A stretch of DNA of 64,000 nt, from the NCBI GenBank assembly GCA_050949315.1, contig JBMNFL010000001.1, positions 947,444-1,011,443 of the forward strand. The letters run 5' to 3'. How positions within the stretch are numbered: position 1 is the first letter of the stretch; every line of letters begins with the position of its first letter. Shown here piece by piece: positions 42,187 through 52,164 of this stretch. This stretch comes from Bacilli bacterium. GTDB lineage: Bacteria; Bacillota_I; Bacilli_A; RFN20; UBA1709. A program made the translations under genes and the position numbers. The notes beneath the pieces are model-generated. The model was not told where the DNA came from. It was given only the letters and a program-made list of their open reading frames with translations, and did not search any database.

Positions 42187-43941
42187 ATGCTTTTGTCCTT
42201 TACCTTTCAAATTACTATGCTTGGAATTTTAGGGTTAATCCTAATTCTTTTTGTTATTTACTTTATTCTCAGCCACCGAGGAAATCGGCGTTTAAATAAA
42301 TATGCAAGTATCAATCAACGAAATATTCAGTATACGGTTAGAGCGGATTTTGCAAAACAGAAGCTCTATCTTTATTCACGGCATGGCCCAGGCAGTGGTC
42401 AAGAATATAATATTTCAGAATACATCAATCGCATGGATTTAGAAGAACAGTCCAAATGGAAAAAGTGGATTAACGATATTTTAAATGATGAATATAATCA
42501 TGACGAGGAACAATCGATTACGATTGCTTTAAATGCTCATACTGATGATCATACTATTAGTGATAAGACTAGTGATAAATCTGTTCCTGCAAAACGATAT
42601 TTTCGTTTGATTTTAACTTCCAAAAATGGAGAAAACATCTTCTTTAGCAGTATTGAAATACCAACTAATGTTCACAGCCGTATGGAAAAAACGAAGAGTC
42701 TTGATTTAATTGATTGGGATGAATTTGCTAGTAAGGTCAGTTCTTTCGGTCGCCAAGTTCGTGGGGCGATAATTTGTTTGAATTGCAATCTTTACAATGT
42801 CGTTGATAAACATTACGGCCACTTGGTTTCTGAACAGTTAATGCATGAGATTTGGAAGGATGTTAATTCTTTTAATGGACATGAATGTATTGCCGGTCAT
42901 TATCAAGATGATAGTTATCTTTTCTTTTATCCTCATATTATTAGTCAATCAGTAGCTGAGAAAAAGGCCAAAGAATTGCTTTTAGAGTTTAATCGTCCGG
43001 TCTCCTTTGATATCCACCAATTTGATTTACGTCCCAGTATTGGTATTACTTTTATGGGGGCCTATTCTCAGGATGTCATGGAGGTTTTAAAAGAAGCGAG
43101 TAAGGCGGCCGAAGCAGCGAGAACCACTTCAGATAATCAGCATATCGTTTTCTATAATGATGAGATGGCGGCCGAAACAAGAAAACTAAAGGCTAGTTAT
43201 GACGAACTTTCTACTATCATCAGTGAAAAAGGCTTTGAGCCAATGTATTATCCAGTCTTTTCTCTACATACTGGCGCTGAGGTTGGTTATTTTTGTGAGA
43301 TTGATTTTAGCAAATATGAAATCAAAAATTTTGCCGAAGCCTATTGTCTTGCATTACAAGTTGGCCTTGAAACCGAGTTTTTTAATTCAATAATGACCAC
43401 TCTACTAAATCGCTTTGTTGATTTTGTTGATAAAAATTCGCGACGTCTTTTTGTATTTTGTGATTTAAAACAATTGACAGAACTCCAAGAATTGATAATC
43501 AGTGATTTACGTTACCAACGAATTGAGCTGGTGGCTATTATCACCAATTATGAAGATTTAATTGAAATGGGCGACAAGACCTTACAACTTCTTCAGCAGT
43601 CTAGGCAGTGTCAAATGAGTTTGGGTTTAGTTGCTAATGAAGATATGCAGGCCAGCATTATCTCGGCTTTAAATTACTTTAACTGGTTAATTATTCCTAC
43701 GAGGATGACCAAGTTGTTAAGTTCAAATGAGAAGATGAAAATTGTCATTGGAAACATCGTAGATATGATGGAACGCTTTAATCTAAATACGGTTGCTTGG
43801 CATGTAAATAATTATGCTCAGGCCGAAATTTTAAAATCTTTAGGTGTTAGTTATATTCATGGTTCAATATTAGATTCACGTCAAAATGAAGACAGCAGTT
43901 CAGTTCGGAAGGTTGCCAAACTGATTGATGAAAAGGAGTAG
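42187..43941 (+). CDS. Membrane-anchored protein with degenerate GGDEF and EAL domains
   Basis: N-terminal TM; VDKHYGH..SEQL, YQDDSY in place of GGDEF, SIGI; FEPMYYPVFSL EAL start without catalytic motifs. Confidence 0.68.
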   Translation: MLLSFTFQITMLGILGLILILFVIYFILSHRGNRRLNKYASINQRNIQYTVRADFAKQKLYLYSRHGPGSGQEYNISEYINRMDLEEQSKWKKWINDILNDEYNHDEEQSITIALNAHTDDHTISDKTSDKSVPAKRYFRLILTSKNGENIFFSSIEIPTNVHSRMEKTKSLDLIDWDEFASKVSSFGRQVRGAIICLNCNLYNVVDKHYGHLVSEQLMHEIWKDVNSFNGHECIAGHYQDDSYLFFYPHIISQSVAEKKAKELLLEFNRPVSFDIHQFDLRPSIGITFMGAYSQDVMEVLKEASKAAEAARTTSDNQHIVFYNDEMAAETRKLKASYDELSTIISEKGFEPMYYPVFSLHTGAEVGYFCEIDFSKYEIKNFAEAYCLALQVGLETEFFNSIMTTLLNRFVDFVDKNSRRLFVFCDLKQLTELQELIISDLRYQRIELVAIITNYEDLIEMGDKTLQLLQQSRQCQMSLGLVANEDMQASIISALNYFNWLIIPTRMTKLLSSNEKMKIVIGNIVDMMERFNLNTVAWHVNNYAQAEILKSLGVSYIHGSILDSRQNEDSSSVRKVAKLIDEKE

Positions 43942-43947
43942 TTAAAA

Positions 43948-45384
43948 ATGGATGAGAAAAAAGTTGAGAGTATTACCGCGCGGGATGTTGATTTTGCTCA
44001 GTGGTATACCGATGTGGTTAAAAAAGCTGAATTAATTGATTATAGCCCAGCCAAGGGTTTTATGATCTATCGTCCCTATGGTTATGCGATCTGGGAGCAG
44101 ATTCAAGCCTATCTTGATCGCATGCTTAAAGACTCTGGTCATGAAAATGTCTATATGCCTTTGGTAATTCCTGAGTCCTTGTTTGCCAAGGAAAAGGAAC
44201 ATGTTGAAGGTTTTGCCCCTGAGTGCGCCATTATCACTGAGGGTGGGGGCGAGAAGCTAGAGGATCCTTTAATTATCCGTCCAACATCGGAAACTTTGTT
44301 CTGTTATCACTATAATAAAATTGTCAATTCTTATCGCGATTTACCTAAAAAATATAATCAGTGGTGTTCAGTGGTACGCTGGGAAAAAACTACGAGACCT
44401 TTTTTAAGAGGCAAAGAATTTTTATGGCAAGAAGGGCACACCCTACATGAAAGTGAACAAGAGGCTAGGCATGAGGCTTTAGAAATCTTAGATTACTATG
44501 TCAAAATGGGGCGTGATTTATTAGCGATACCCTTTGTCTGTGGGCAAAAAACTGAGAAAGAAAAGTTCGCGGGCGCTGTCAACACCTATAGTCTTGAGGC
44601 TTTGATGCATGATGGCAAGGCTTTGCAAGCTGGAACAACACATTACTTTGGTGATGGTTTTGCAAGAGCCTTTGATATTCGCTATCAAAGTAAAGAAGGA
44701 AAACTAGAATATCCTTTCCAAACTTCTTGGGGTGTATCTACGCGCCTCATCGGTTCAATTATTATGGTACATGGCGATGATGAAGGCCTAGTAATGCCTC
44801 CTTATGTCGCCCCCATTCAATGTATTGTTATCCCTATTCAAATGGCTAAACCAGGGATTTTAGAGCAAGCACGCTCTATCAAAGAACGTTTAAAAGCTTT
44901 AGGAATTCGGGTACAATTAGATGATTCTGATAAGAGCCCAGGCTGGAAATATTCGGAATATGAAATGAAAGGCGTTCCTTTAAGAATTGAACTTGGACCT
45001 AAGGATTTAACTAAAAAGCAAGCGGTGGTCGTTTTCCGTCATAATCGGGAAAAAGTCTTTGTTCCTTTAGAAGAACTTGAACAAAGAATTCCCGAGCTTC
45101 TTGCAAGAATGCATCAAGAACTTTACGAAGCGGCTAAGAAAAGGGCTGATGAAGCAACTGTCAATTGTTGTGACTACGAAGAGTTTAAGGAAATTATGGC
45201 TCGCCCTTATAGTGGCTATGTCAAGATGATGTGGTGTGGAGATGAGGCATGTGAGAATAAAATCAAGGAAGAAACAACCGCGACCACGCGCTGCATTCCT
45301 TTTCATCAAGAACAATTAGGAAAGACTTGTCCGGTTTGTGGTAAACCAGCGAAGAAAATGGTCTATTTTGCCAAGGCTTACTAA
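43948..45384 (+). CDS. proS: Proline--tRNA ligase, archaeal/eukaryal type
   Basis: [22 protein letters not shown]-terminal Zn domain ending FAKAY. Confidence 0.97.
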   Translation: MDEKKVESITARDVDFAQWYTDVVKKAELIDYSPAKGFMIYRPYGYAIWEQIQAYLDRMLKDSGHENVYMPLVIPESLFAKEKEHVEGFAPECAIITEGGGEKLEDPLIIRPTSETLFCYHYNKIVNSYRDLPKKYNQWCSVVRWEKTTRPFLRGKEFLWQEGHTLHESEQEARHEALEILDYYVKMGRDLLAIPFVCGQKTEKEKFAGAVNTYSLEALMHDGKALQAGTTHYFGDGFARAFDIRYQSKEGKLEYPFQTSWGVSTRLIGSIIMVHGDDEGLVMPPYVAPIQCIVIPIQMAKPGILEQARSIKERLKALGIRVQLDDSDKSPGWKYSEYEMKGVPLRIELGPKDLTKKQAVVVFRHNREKVFVPLEELEQRIPELLARMHQELYEAAKKRADEATVNCCDYEEFKEIMARPYSGYVKMMWCGDEACENKIKEETTATTRCIPFHQEQLGKTCPVCGKPAKKMVYFAKAY

Positions 45385-45441
45385 GGCTAGACAGTTAAGG
45401 TACTAAATGGTATAATACAGAAGAAAAAAAGGAGAGAAATC

Positions 45442-45666
45442 ATGGACTATTTACAGGAATTTATTAAAATTCTTGCCGAAAAAGTTAAGGGCAAGGAAAT
45501 TAAAGAAGAAACCGAATTAAAAACACTAGGTGTTGATTCTTTAGATCTTGTGGAAATTATCATGGATGTTGAAACTAAATACGGCATCACCTTTACCAAC
45601 GAAGAATTAAGTGGTTTTATTACGGTTGGCGATGTTGTTAAAACTATCAAAGCCAAGATGGCTTGA
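45442..45666 (+). CDS. acpP: Acyl carrier protein
   Basis: LGVDSLD phosphopantetheine motif. Confidence 0.9.
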   Translation: MDYLQEFIKILAEKVKGKEIKEETELKTLGVDSLDLVEIIMDVETKYGITFTNEELSGFITVGDVVKTIKAKMA

Positions 45667-45674
45667 TTGAAGTT

Positions 45675-45698
45675 AAGACCGGCCTAGCCGGTTTTTTT
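45675..45698 (+). terminator. Terminator after acpP
   Basis: accggc-cta-gccggt followed by T run. Confidence 0.7.
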
Positions 45699-45719
45699 AT
45701 TGTCAAAGGAGGAGGTTAA

Positions 45720-47584
45720 ATGGCTTTAGTTGAAGTAAGTAAACTTAACAAGGCTTTTGGTATTGTTGAGCTTTTTAACGATCTTTCTTTTAAACTTAAT
45801 AATAATGAAAAACTCGCTATCATTGGACCCAATGGTTGTGGTAAAACCACCCTTTTGAGGATGCTTGTTGGTCAAGAAACAATTGATGAAGGTACGATAA
45901 TAATTAGACCCAAAACTAGTGTCGGGTACCTTTCACAGATGATGTTGCATTCGCTAGATAACAGCCTTTATCAAGAGATGCTTGGAGCCTTTGAAGAGGT
46001 AATTAAACTCGGTAAAAAATTAAAGAAAATAAGTGAAGAATTAAGTAAAAATCCCCATAGTGAAAAACTCCTAAAAGACTATGGATTGATGGAAAGTGCT
46101 TTTCTTGAAAAAGGCGGCTATAATTATGAATATCAGATTGATACCGTCCTTTCAAAGTTTGGTTTCACGAAAGCGGATTATTCAAGAAAAATAGGTACAT
46201 TTTCGGGTGGAGAGCGCAACAAAATCGCCTTTAGTCGCCTCTTATTAGACGCCCCAGATCTTTTGCTCTTAGATGAGCCCACTAACCACTTAGATGTCAG
46301 TACAGTTGAGTGGTTAGAAGGTTATTTAAAAAACTATGCTGGCGCTGTAATTTTAGTTAGCCATGACCGTTATTTTATTGATGCTACTTGTAGCGCCGTT
46401 TTGGAAATTAATAACAAACAAGCAGAATATTATCCTGGTAACTATTCTTTTTATTTACAGGAAAAAGTTTTGCGTTATGAACAGAGATTAAAAGCTTATA
46501 ATTTACAGCAAAAAGAGATTGAGCACTTGACCATGCTTATCAAAAAATTTAAGCCCAAGCCTAGTAAAGTGGCTTTTGCTAAAGATAAAGAAAAGAAACT
46601 CGCTCGCATACTTGATAACAAATTAGAAGCCCCTAAGAAAAGCAGTAAAAGTGTACGGCTTGATTTTCAAGTTCGCGATACTCGTAAACAAAGACAAATG
46701 ACCTTGAGCGCTTTAGAATTTGGCTATGAAAAGCCTTTAGCGGCTCCTTTAGATTTAGCTATCTTTGGTGGTGATAAGATTGGTATTATTGGTGAAAATG
46801 GGGTTGGCAAAACGACTCTATTAAAAACTATTGGTAAAAAACTAGAGCCTTTAGCAGGCTCAATAAGAGCACATCGCGAGTTAGCTATCGGTTATATTGA
46901 TCAAAATCAAATTCAATTAACTTCAGAAGCGACCTTATTTGATTATCTCCACGATCAATATCCTTTATTATCTAATTTTGAAATTCGTTCCCACTTAGCC
47001 TCTTTCCTTTTTAGTGGTGACGATGTTTTTAAAACGGTCAATCAATTAAGCGGCGGCGAGAAGGTTCGCCTTTCTTTTGCAAGCCTACTGTTAAAAAAAT
47101 ATGATCTTCTATTACTTGATGAACCCACCAATCACATGGATATTGAAACGCGGAAGATTTTAGAAAGTGCCCTAGTTGAATATTTAGGGACCATTATCTT
47201 TGTTTCTCACGATCGTTACTTTATTGATGAACTAGCCAAGAAGTTAATAATTTTAAAAAGAAAGGATATCCAACTTTTTGAAGGTGATTATAGTGAGTAT
47301 CAGAGTAGTCTTGAAAATGCTGAAGTTGAATCTGTTGTTACTGCAAAAACTAAGAGGTTAGTTCAAAAAGAGTAAGAGGCAAAGAAAAAGTTGAACAAGA
47401 AATCAAAAAGATTGAAAAGGAAATCGCTGAAGTTCTAGCCGCTGAATATCTAGAAGAGAATTATCTTGATTACAAAAAGATGGAAAAACTAGCCAAGACG
47501 CATTTAGATTTAAAACAGAAACTCCAGGAATTAGAAAGTGAGTATTTACAAATCCTAGAAGAGAGTGAGACTAAAAATCAATGA
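45720..47584 (+). CDS. ABC-F ATPase (YdiF/Uup-like); main frame stops at 47375 and the C-terminal coiled-coil continues in the -1 frame to 47584
   Basis: Two NBDs (GPNGCGKTT, GENGVGKTT, DEPTNH twice, SHDRYF twice); -1 frame reads RVRGKEKVEQEIKKIEKEI...LESEYLQILEE. Confidence 0.88.
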
Positions 47585-47636
47585 AAGTCGTTGAATTTTA
47601 AAAGGGATTTTGTTAGAATAAAGACCGCACATAGAT

Positions 47637-47710
47637 AGGGGCGTAGTTTAATGGTAGAGCAATGGTCTCCAAAACCATTAATGCGGGTTCGATTCCTGCC
47701 GCCCCTGCCA
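47637..47710 (+). tRNA. tRNA-Trp(CCA)
   Basis: ATGGT-CTCCAAA-ACCAT arm, CCA end. Confidence 0.95.
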
Positions 47711-47727
47711 TAAAAAAGTTTAATTAG

Positions 47728-47754
47728 TAAATAGCTCACTTGAGCTATTTTTTT
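47728..47754 (+). terminator. Terminator after tRNA-Trp
   Basis: aaatagctca-ct-tgagctattt followed by T run. Confidence 0.75.
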
Positions 47755-48037
47755 GTAAAAAATAAGATGTTTTTAAATCTAGGATAAGTCGGTGGCTTAT
47801 ATATAGATAATCAAATAATCTGCAAAATATGGAATAAACAAATTAGTTTTATCCATGTAAAATCTATAGTTATCTAATCATAGGCGCCAATTTTTGAGGG
47901 ATCATATATATTAATTTAACCAAGAGTTTTGAAAATACAATTTCAAAAATATATTAAAAAAGGTAGTTTTGAAAATTTGTTTTTGAAACTTTTGACAAAA
48001 CTATACTTTGTTGATATCATATAACTGGTGATAGTGT

Positions 48038-49258
48038 ATGTATAATATTATTGAAAGAAATGAGTATTTAAATCAAATTATATCGTGGAAAGATCATGAT
48101 GTTATAAAGGTTATAACAGGTATTAGAAGATCGGGCAAGTCTTTTTTGTTAAAAGAATTATTTTGTGATTATCTATTAAAAAACAACATTACAAAGGAAC
48201 AAATTATAATCTTAGATTTAGAATCTGTTGAATACGAGCAGTTAAGAGATTATAAAAAATTATATAAATATATAAAAACTAAACTTATTCCTAATAAAAA
48301 AAATTACGTAATATTAGATGAAATTCAAAACGTAACGGATTTTGAAAAAGCACTTGGTTCTCTATATTTAGATAAAAATATCGATATATACATTACAGGC
48401 TCTAATTCTAAAATGCTTTCCGGTGATCTGGCAACCTTATTGACTGGTAGATATATTAAAATTGAAATTTTACCTTTATCATTTTTAGAATATAAAAGTA
48501 CTCTTGATTATTCTATACCAGTAGATAAAGCATTTATAAATTATCTTAAATGGGGTGGCTTTCCTTATATTACGGCCTTGAGACAAAACGATTCGTTATG
48601 TCATCAATATTTAGATGGTATTTATAATACACTAGTTAAAAAAGATATTATTTCTATTAATCGTATAGATGATGTTTTAATACTAGAAGATATAATAAAA
48701 TTTATATTTTCTAATATAGGTAGTGTAATATCACCTAATAAAATTAGTAGTACACTTACTAGTAAAGGTAGAAAGACATCAAGGCCTACTGTAGAAAAAT
48801 ATTTATCATATCTATTAGATAGTTTTATGTGCTATAAAGTTAATAGATATGATCTTAAAGATAAAAGGTATCTTAGTTCATTAGAAAAATATTATGTAAC
48901 AGATATAGGACTTAGAAATTATTTAATTGGATTTAAAAATTTAGATTATGGTCGTCATATATTAGAAAACATAGTTTATCTTGAATTAAAAAGAAGAGGA
49001 TATGATATTTATATAGGAAAGTTTGATGATTTAGAAGTAGACTTTGTAGCTAGCACATATGATGATGTTTATTATATTCAAGTAGCCCATACTATTACTG
49101 AAAAAGAAGTTTTTGACAGAGAAATGTTACCTCTATCAAAAATAAATGATCACCATAGAAAGATAATTTTAACTACAGATTATGCGTTAACTAAAACTCA
49201 TAACGGAATAAAGATAGTTAATGTTTATGATTGGTTATTAAAAGAAGAGGATTTCTAA
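48038..49258 (+). CDS. AAA_14 ATPase with DUF4143 (PD-(D/E)xK-like) C-terminus
   Basis: GIRRSGKS Walker A, ILDEIQ, TGSNS, GGFP, KYYVTDIG, LENIVYLEL, EVDFV..YIQV. Confidence 0.9.
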   Translation: MYNIIERNEYLNQIISWKDHDVIKVITGIRRSGKSFLLKELFCDYLLKNNITKEQIIILDLESVEYEQLRDYKKLYKYIKTKLIPNKKNYVILDEIQNVTDFEKALGSLYLDKNIDIYITGSNSKMLSGDLATLLTGRYIKIEILPLSFLEYKSTLDYSIPVDKAFINYLKWGGFPYITALRQNDSLCHQYLDGIYNTLVKKDIISINRIDDVLILEDIIKFIFSNIGSVISPNKISSTLTSKGRKTSRPTVEKYLSYLLDSFMCYKVNRYDLKDKRYLSSLEKYYVTDIGLRNYLIGFKNLDYGRHILENIVYLELKRRGYDIYIGKFDDLEVDFVASTYDDVYYIQVAHTITEKEVFDREMLPLSKINDHHRKIILTTDYALTKTHNGIKIVNVYDWLLKEEDF

Positions 49259-49382
49259 TAAAAATAAATCAAAATAAAATCTTTTTTAATGTCAATGTAA
49301 ATGTTAATAATAATTTGACTTTCAGGGGTTTTAGATTGGTTTATTAAACTAGAAATGGGTAATGAAAAATGTTTTGAGGAAT

Positions 49383-49760
49383 TTATTTATCTTTTGATTT
49401 TAAAAATTCGAGTAGTTCCTCATAAGAAAAATTCCCAGAGGCAATAGAGGTAGCTAACTCTTCGATTTCTTTATTGCTGAAATTTATTTTAATACCATTA
49501 ACTTCTAAAAAAGACATCATAATATAAAAACCAATTCTTTTGTTACCATCAATAAAAGGATGATTAGAAATTAAACCATATCCTAATCTGGCGGCCTTTT
49601 CTAATTTGGTTGGAAATAGTTCTCTATTATCAAATGTTTGATATGGGGCTTCAATAGCCGATTCTAGCAAACTTTCATCTTTTATACCAAAAGTTCCACC
49701 GGTAGATTCTATTATGTACCTATATAATAGAAGTATTCTCTCTTTAGTGAATTTTATCAT
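49383..49760 (-). CDS. doc: Death-on-curing (Doc/Fic) toxin
   Basis: HPFIDGNKRIG motif, LLESA..P. Confidence 0.9.
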   Translation of the reverse strand: MIKFTKERILLLYRYIIESTGGTFGIKDESLLESAIEAPYQTFDNRELFPTKLEKAARLGYGLISNHPFIDGNKRIGFYIMMSFLEVNGIKINFSNKEIEELATSIASGNFSYEELLEFLKSKDK

Positions 49761-50002
49761 TTTGCCAAGTTTTTAAAAGCATCTATGTGTTTATTTAATA
49801 TTCTGTCGGCGACAATTTTGATTTTTTCATCATCAGTTAAATCAAAAAAATGTTTGTAATCTACAAGTATATATTTTGGCTTATTATTTTTAAAAATTAA
49901 GGCTAGGCCATGTTCGTCTGCAGTTTTTGCCGCTTTTGAAAAATTTTGATTTGCTTCTGTCATGGTAATTATTTGCTTTATTTTAAAGATCATAAATTTC
50001 AC
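49757..50002 (-). CDS. phd: Phd/YefM antitoxin
   Basis: MTEANQNFSKA..IFKNNKPKY; 4-nt overlap with doc. Confidence 0.87.
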   Translation of the reverse strand: MKFMIFKIKQIITMTEANQNFSKAAKTADEHGLALIFKNNKPKYILVDYKHFFDLTDDEKIKIVADRILNKHIDAFKNLAK

Positions 50003-50026
50003 CTCACAAGAATTATATATTAATAA

Positions 50027-50044
50027 TAGGATAAATTCAACCTA
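50027..50044. promoter_or_regulatory. Putative Phd operator palindrome
   Basis: TAGGATAAATTCAACCTA imperfect dyad just upstream of phd. Confidence 0.5.
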
Positions 50045-50229
50045 GATTAAAGATTCGCTTTAAAATATTAATAAAAACCGGTTATAATTTAATTTGCAAA
50101 AAAACGAAAGAAACGCAAATTAAATGACTTTTTATTGATTTAATTTGTGCTGGCCCTAGTTTTAAGTTCAACGATAGTGAACGGCTTTAGTGAAAACTTT
50201 TTCGATTTTTAAAAAACTTTTCAGTTGCA

Positions 50230-50775
50230 GTGAAAACTTTCTTGATTTTTTCAGCAAATTCTATATATAAATATATTAAGCAACAACATTACAATTGTTC
50301 AGTTAATACCATTACTAAATATATTGACTACTTAAAAGAAGCTTATATCGTAGATGAAATCCCACAATATTCAAGTAAACTTAAAAGAGAATTAGCTTAC
50401 TATGGTAAACTTTATAACGCCGATGTAGCGTTTAATTCCCTTAGAGCTACTGGTAACGTATATGATTTAAATCATAATTTAGAAAACGTTATCTATAATG
50501 AACTTTTATATATGGGATACGATGTTAAAGTTTTTAATGTAAAGAATAAAGAAATAGACTTTATGTGTACAAAAGATAACAAGTTATATTACGTTCAAGT
50601 GGCATATAGCGTTTCAAACCAAAAAACTTTTGATAGAGAAATAGAAGCTTTTAATCTATTAGATAACCAACATCAAAAAATTTTGATTACCAAGGATAAT
50701 TTTGATTATTCTTCATCAACGGTGAAACATATTAAATTAAAAGACTTTTTATTCTTGGATTCTTTAGATAAATAA
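50230..50775 (+). pseudogene. C-terminal fragment of a second AAA_14-DUF4143 gene
   Basis: KLYNAD, LENVIYNEL, EIDF..YYVQV present; Walker A/B absent. Confidence 0.75.
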
Positions 50776-50947
50776 AAGATTGTAAATTAGTTTCTAAAAA
50801 CCAGAAAAAGAAATAATAATTTTTTGGTTTATGTGTTTTTTTAACTCAAATTAGGGTTGTAATATTGACGATTTTGTATTACAATCCATTGTAATCACGA
50901 TTTTGTGAAATATAAAAAATCGAAAAATTTAAGAGTAAGGTGAAAAA

Positions 50948-52078
50948 ATGATCGTTTTAGAAGAGATTTTGGTTGCTAACTCGGTAGGTTTACTTATATT
51001 AATTGTTTCTATGTTATCCCGAGTTGAAATGAAAAAAGAAAAACATGTGAGCGGCAAAATATTTAGTGCAATGCTGTGGATCACTTTCTTTGCCCTAATT
51101 GCTGAGACAGCAACTTTTCTATTGGATGGAAAAGCAGGAACTATGGTTCGCTTCCTGCATTATGTAACCAATGCCTATCTTTTCCTAGCTTCAAGTTGTG
51201 TGGGAGCACTTTGGGTGATGTTCGTTGATCTTCGCATTTTTCATAGTATTCTACGGGTCAAAAAGTGGTTCAAAATTATTCTTGTTCCCTACATTATCTT
51301 AGTTGTATTGATCATATGTGACTTTTTTGGAGTGGGTATCATCTTCTCAATCAATGAACAAAATGTGTATCAGCGTGGCAGTTTTGTCTTCTTATCATAT
51401 GCTTTTGTTTTTGGCTGTTATTTGACAACCCTAGTTTTGGCCCTTCTAGCTGTAAAGCGCAACGCTCATGTTCGTTTTTTTCCAGTTCACTACTTCGTGA
51501 TTCCTTCTTTTTTGGGAACGTTGATTCAAGGCCTATTTTATGGTTTGTCTGTAGGATGGCTTTGTTTGAGTATCGCACTATTGTTTATCCAGCTGCATAT
51601 TGCCAATCAAAATTCATATGAGGATGAACTTTCAGGTTTATATAATCGTAAATATTTTGGTTGGATGGTTGAAAAACAAAGAGTTGGCAAAAGGGATCGT
51701 CTCGGCGCCATTACGATGGACATTGACCAGTTCAAATTAATAAACGATAAATTTGGGCATTCAGTTGGTGATGATGCTATCCGCAGCATGGGTTTGATTT
51801 TGGCGAATATTACCACAGACAAGATAATTCCTTTCCGTATCGGTGGTGACGAGTTTGTCATTCTTTATATAGATGGAACAGAATCAGATATTAAACAATT
51901 GAGTTTAAAAATTAATGAACAGTTGGTGGAATTTAATAAAACCGCGGAAAAGCCATATTCATTGTCCGTTTCTATGGGTTATGCGAGTTGTCAACCGGCC
52001 GGCACCAGTTTAGACGATTTCTTCCACCAGTTGGATCTTCAAATGTATAAACAAAAAGGCGAAAAAGCCTTGAGTTAG
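50948..52078 (+). CDS. Membrane diguanylate cyclase (GGDEF)
   Basis: About 7 TM; DELSGLYNR, DIDQFKLINDKFGH..GD, intact GGDEF; no RxxD I-site. Confidence 0.92.
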   Translation: MIVLEEILVANSVGLLILIVSMLSRVEMKKEKHVSGKIFSAMLWITFFALIAETATFLLDGKAGTMVRFLHYVTNAYLFLASSCVGALWVMFVDLRIFHSILRVKKWFKIILVPYIILVVLIICDFFGVGIIFSINEQNVYQRGSFVFLSYAFVFGCYLTTLVLALLAVKRNAHVRFFPVHYFVIPSFLGTLIQGLFYGLSVGWLCLSIALLFIQLHIANQNSYEDELSGLYNRKYFGWMVEKQRVGKRDRLGAITMDIDQFKLINDKFGHSVGDDAIRSMGLILANITTDKIIPFRIGGDEFVILYIDGTESDIKQLSLKINEQLVEFNKTAEKPYSLSVSMGYASCQPAGTSLDDFFHQLDLQMYKQKGEKALS

Positions 52079-52109
52079 AGATCTTAAAGATAGATATTAA
52101 CAAAAAATA

Positions 52110-52147
52110 AAAACCCCATTCCTTTCTAGAAGTGGGGTATTTTTTTA
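52110..52147. terminator. Bidirectional terminator
   Basis: aaaaccccatt...agtggggta followed by T run. Confidence 0.65.
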
Positions 52148-52164
52148 TTTAATGCTTATTGATT

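Noticed and set aside
47800-47880. Integron attC-like site or attR copy of tRNA-Trp
   Set aside because: An imperfect palindrome exists but lacks clear RYYYAAC/GTTRRRY boxes; no integrase and no duplicated tRNA 3' end found.
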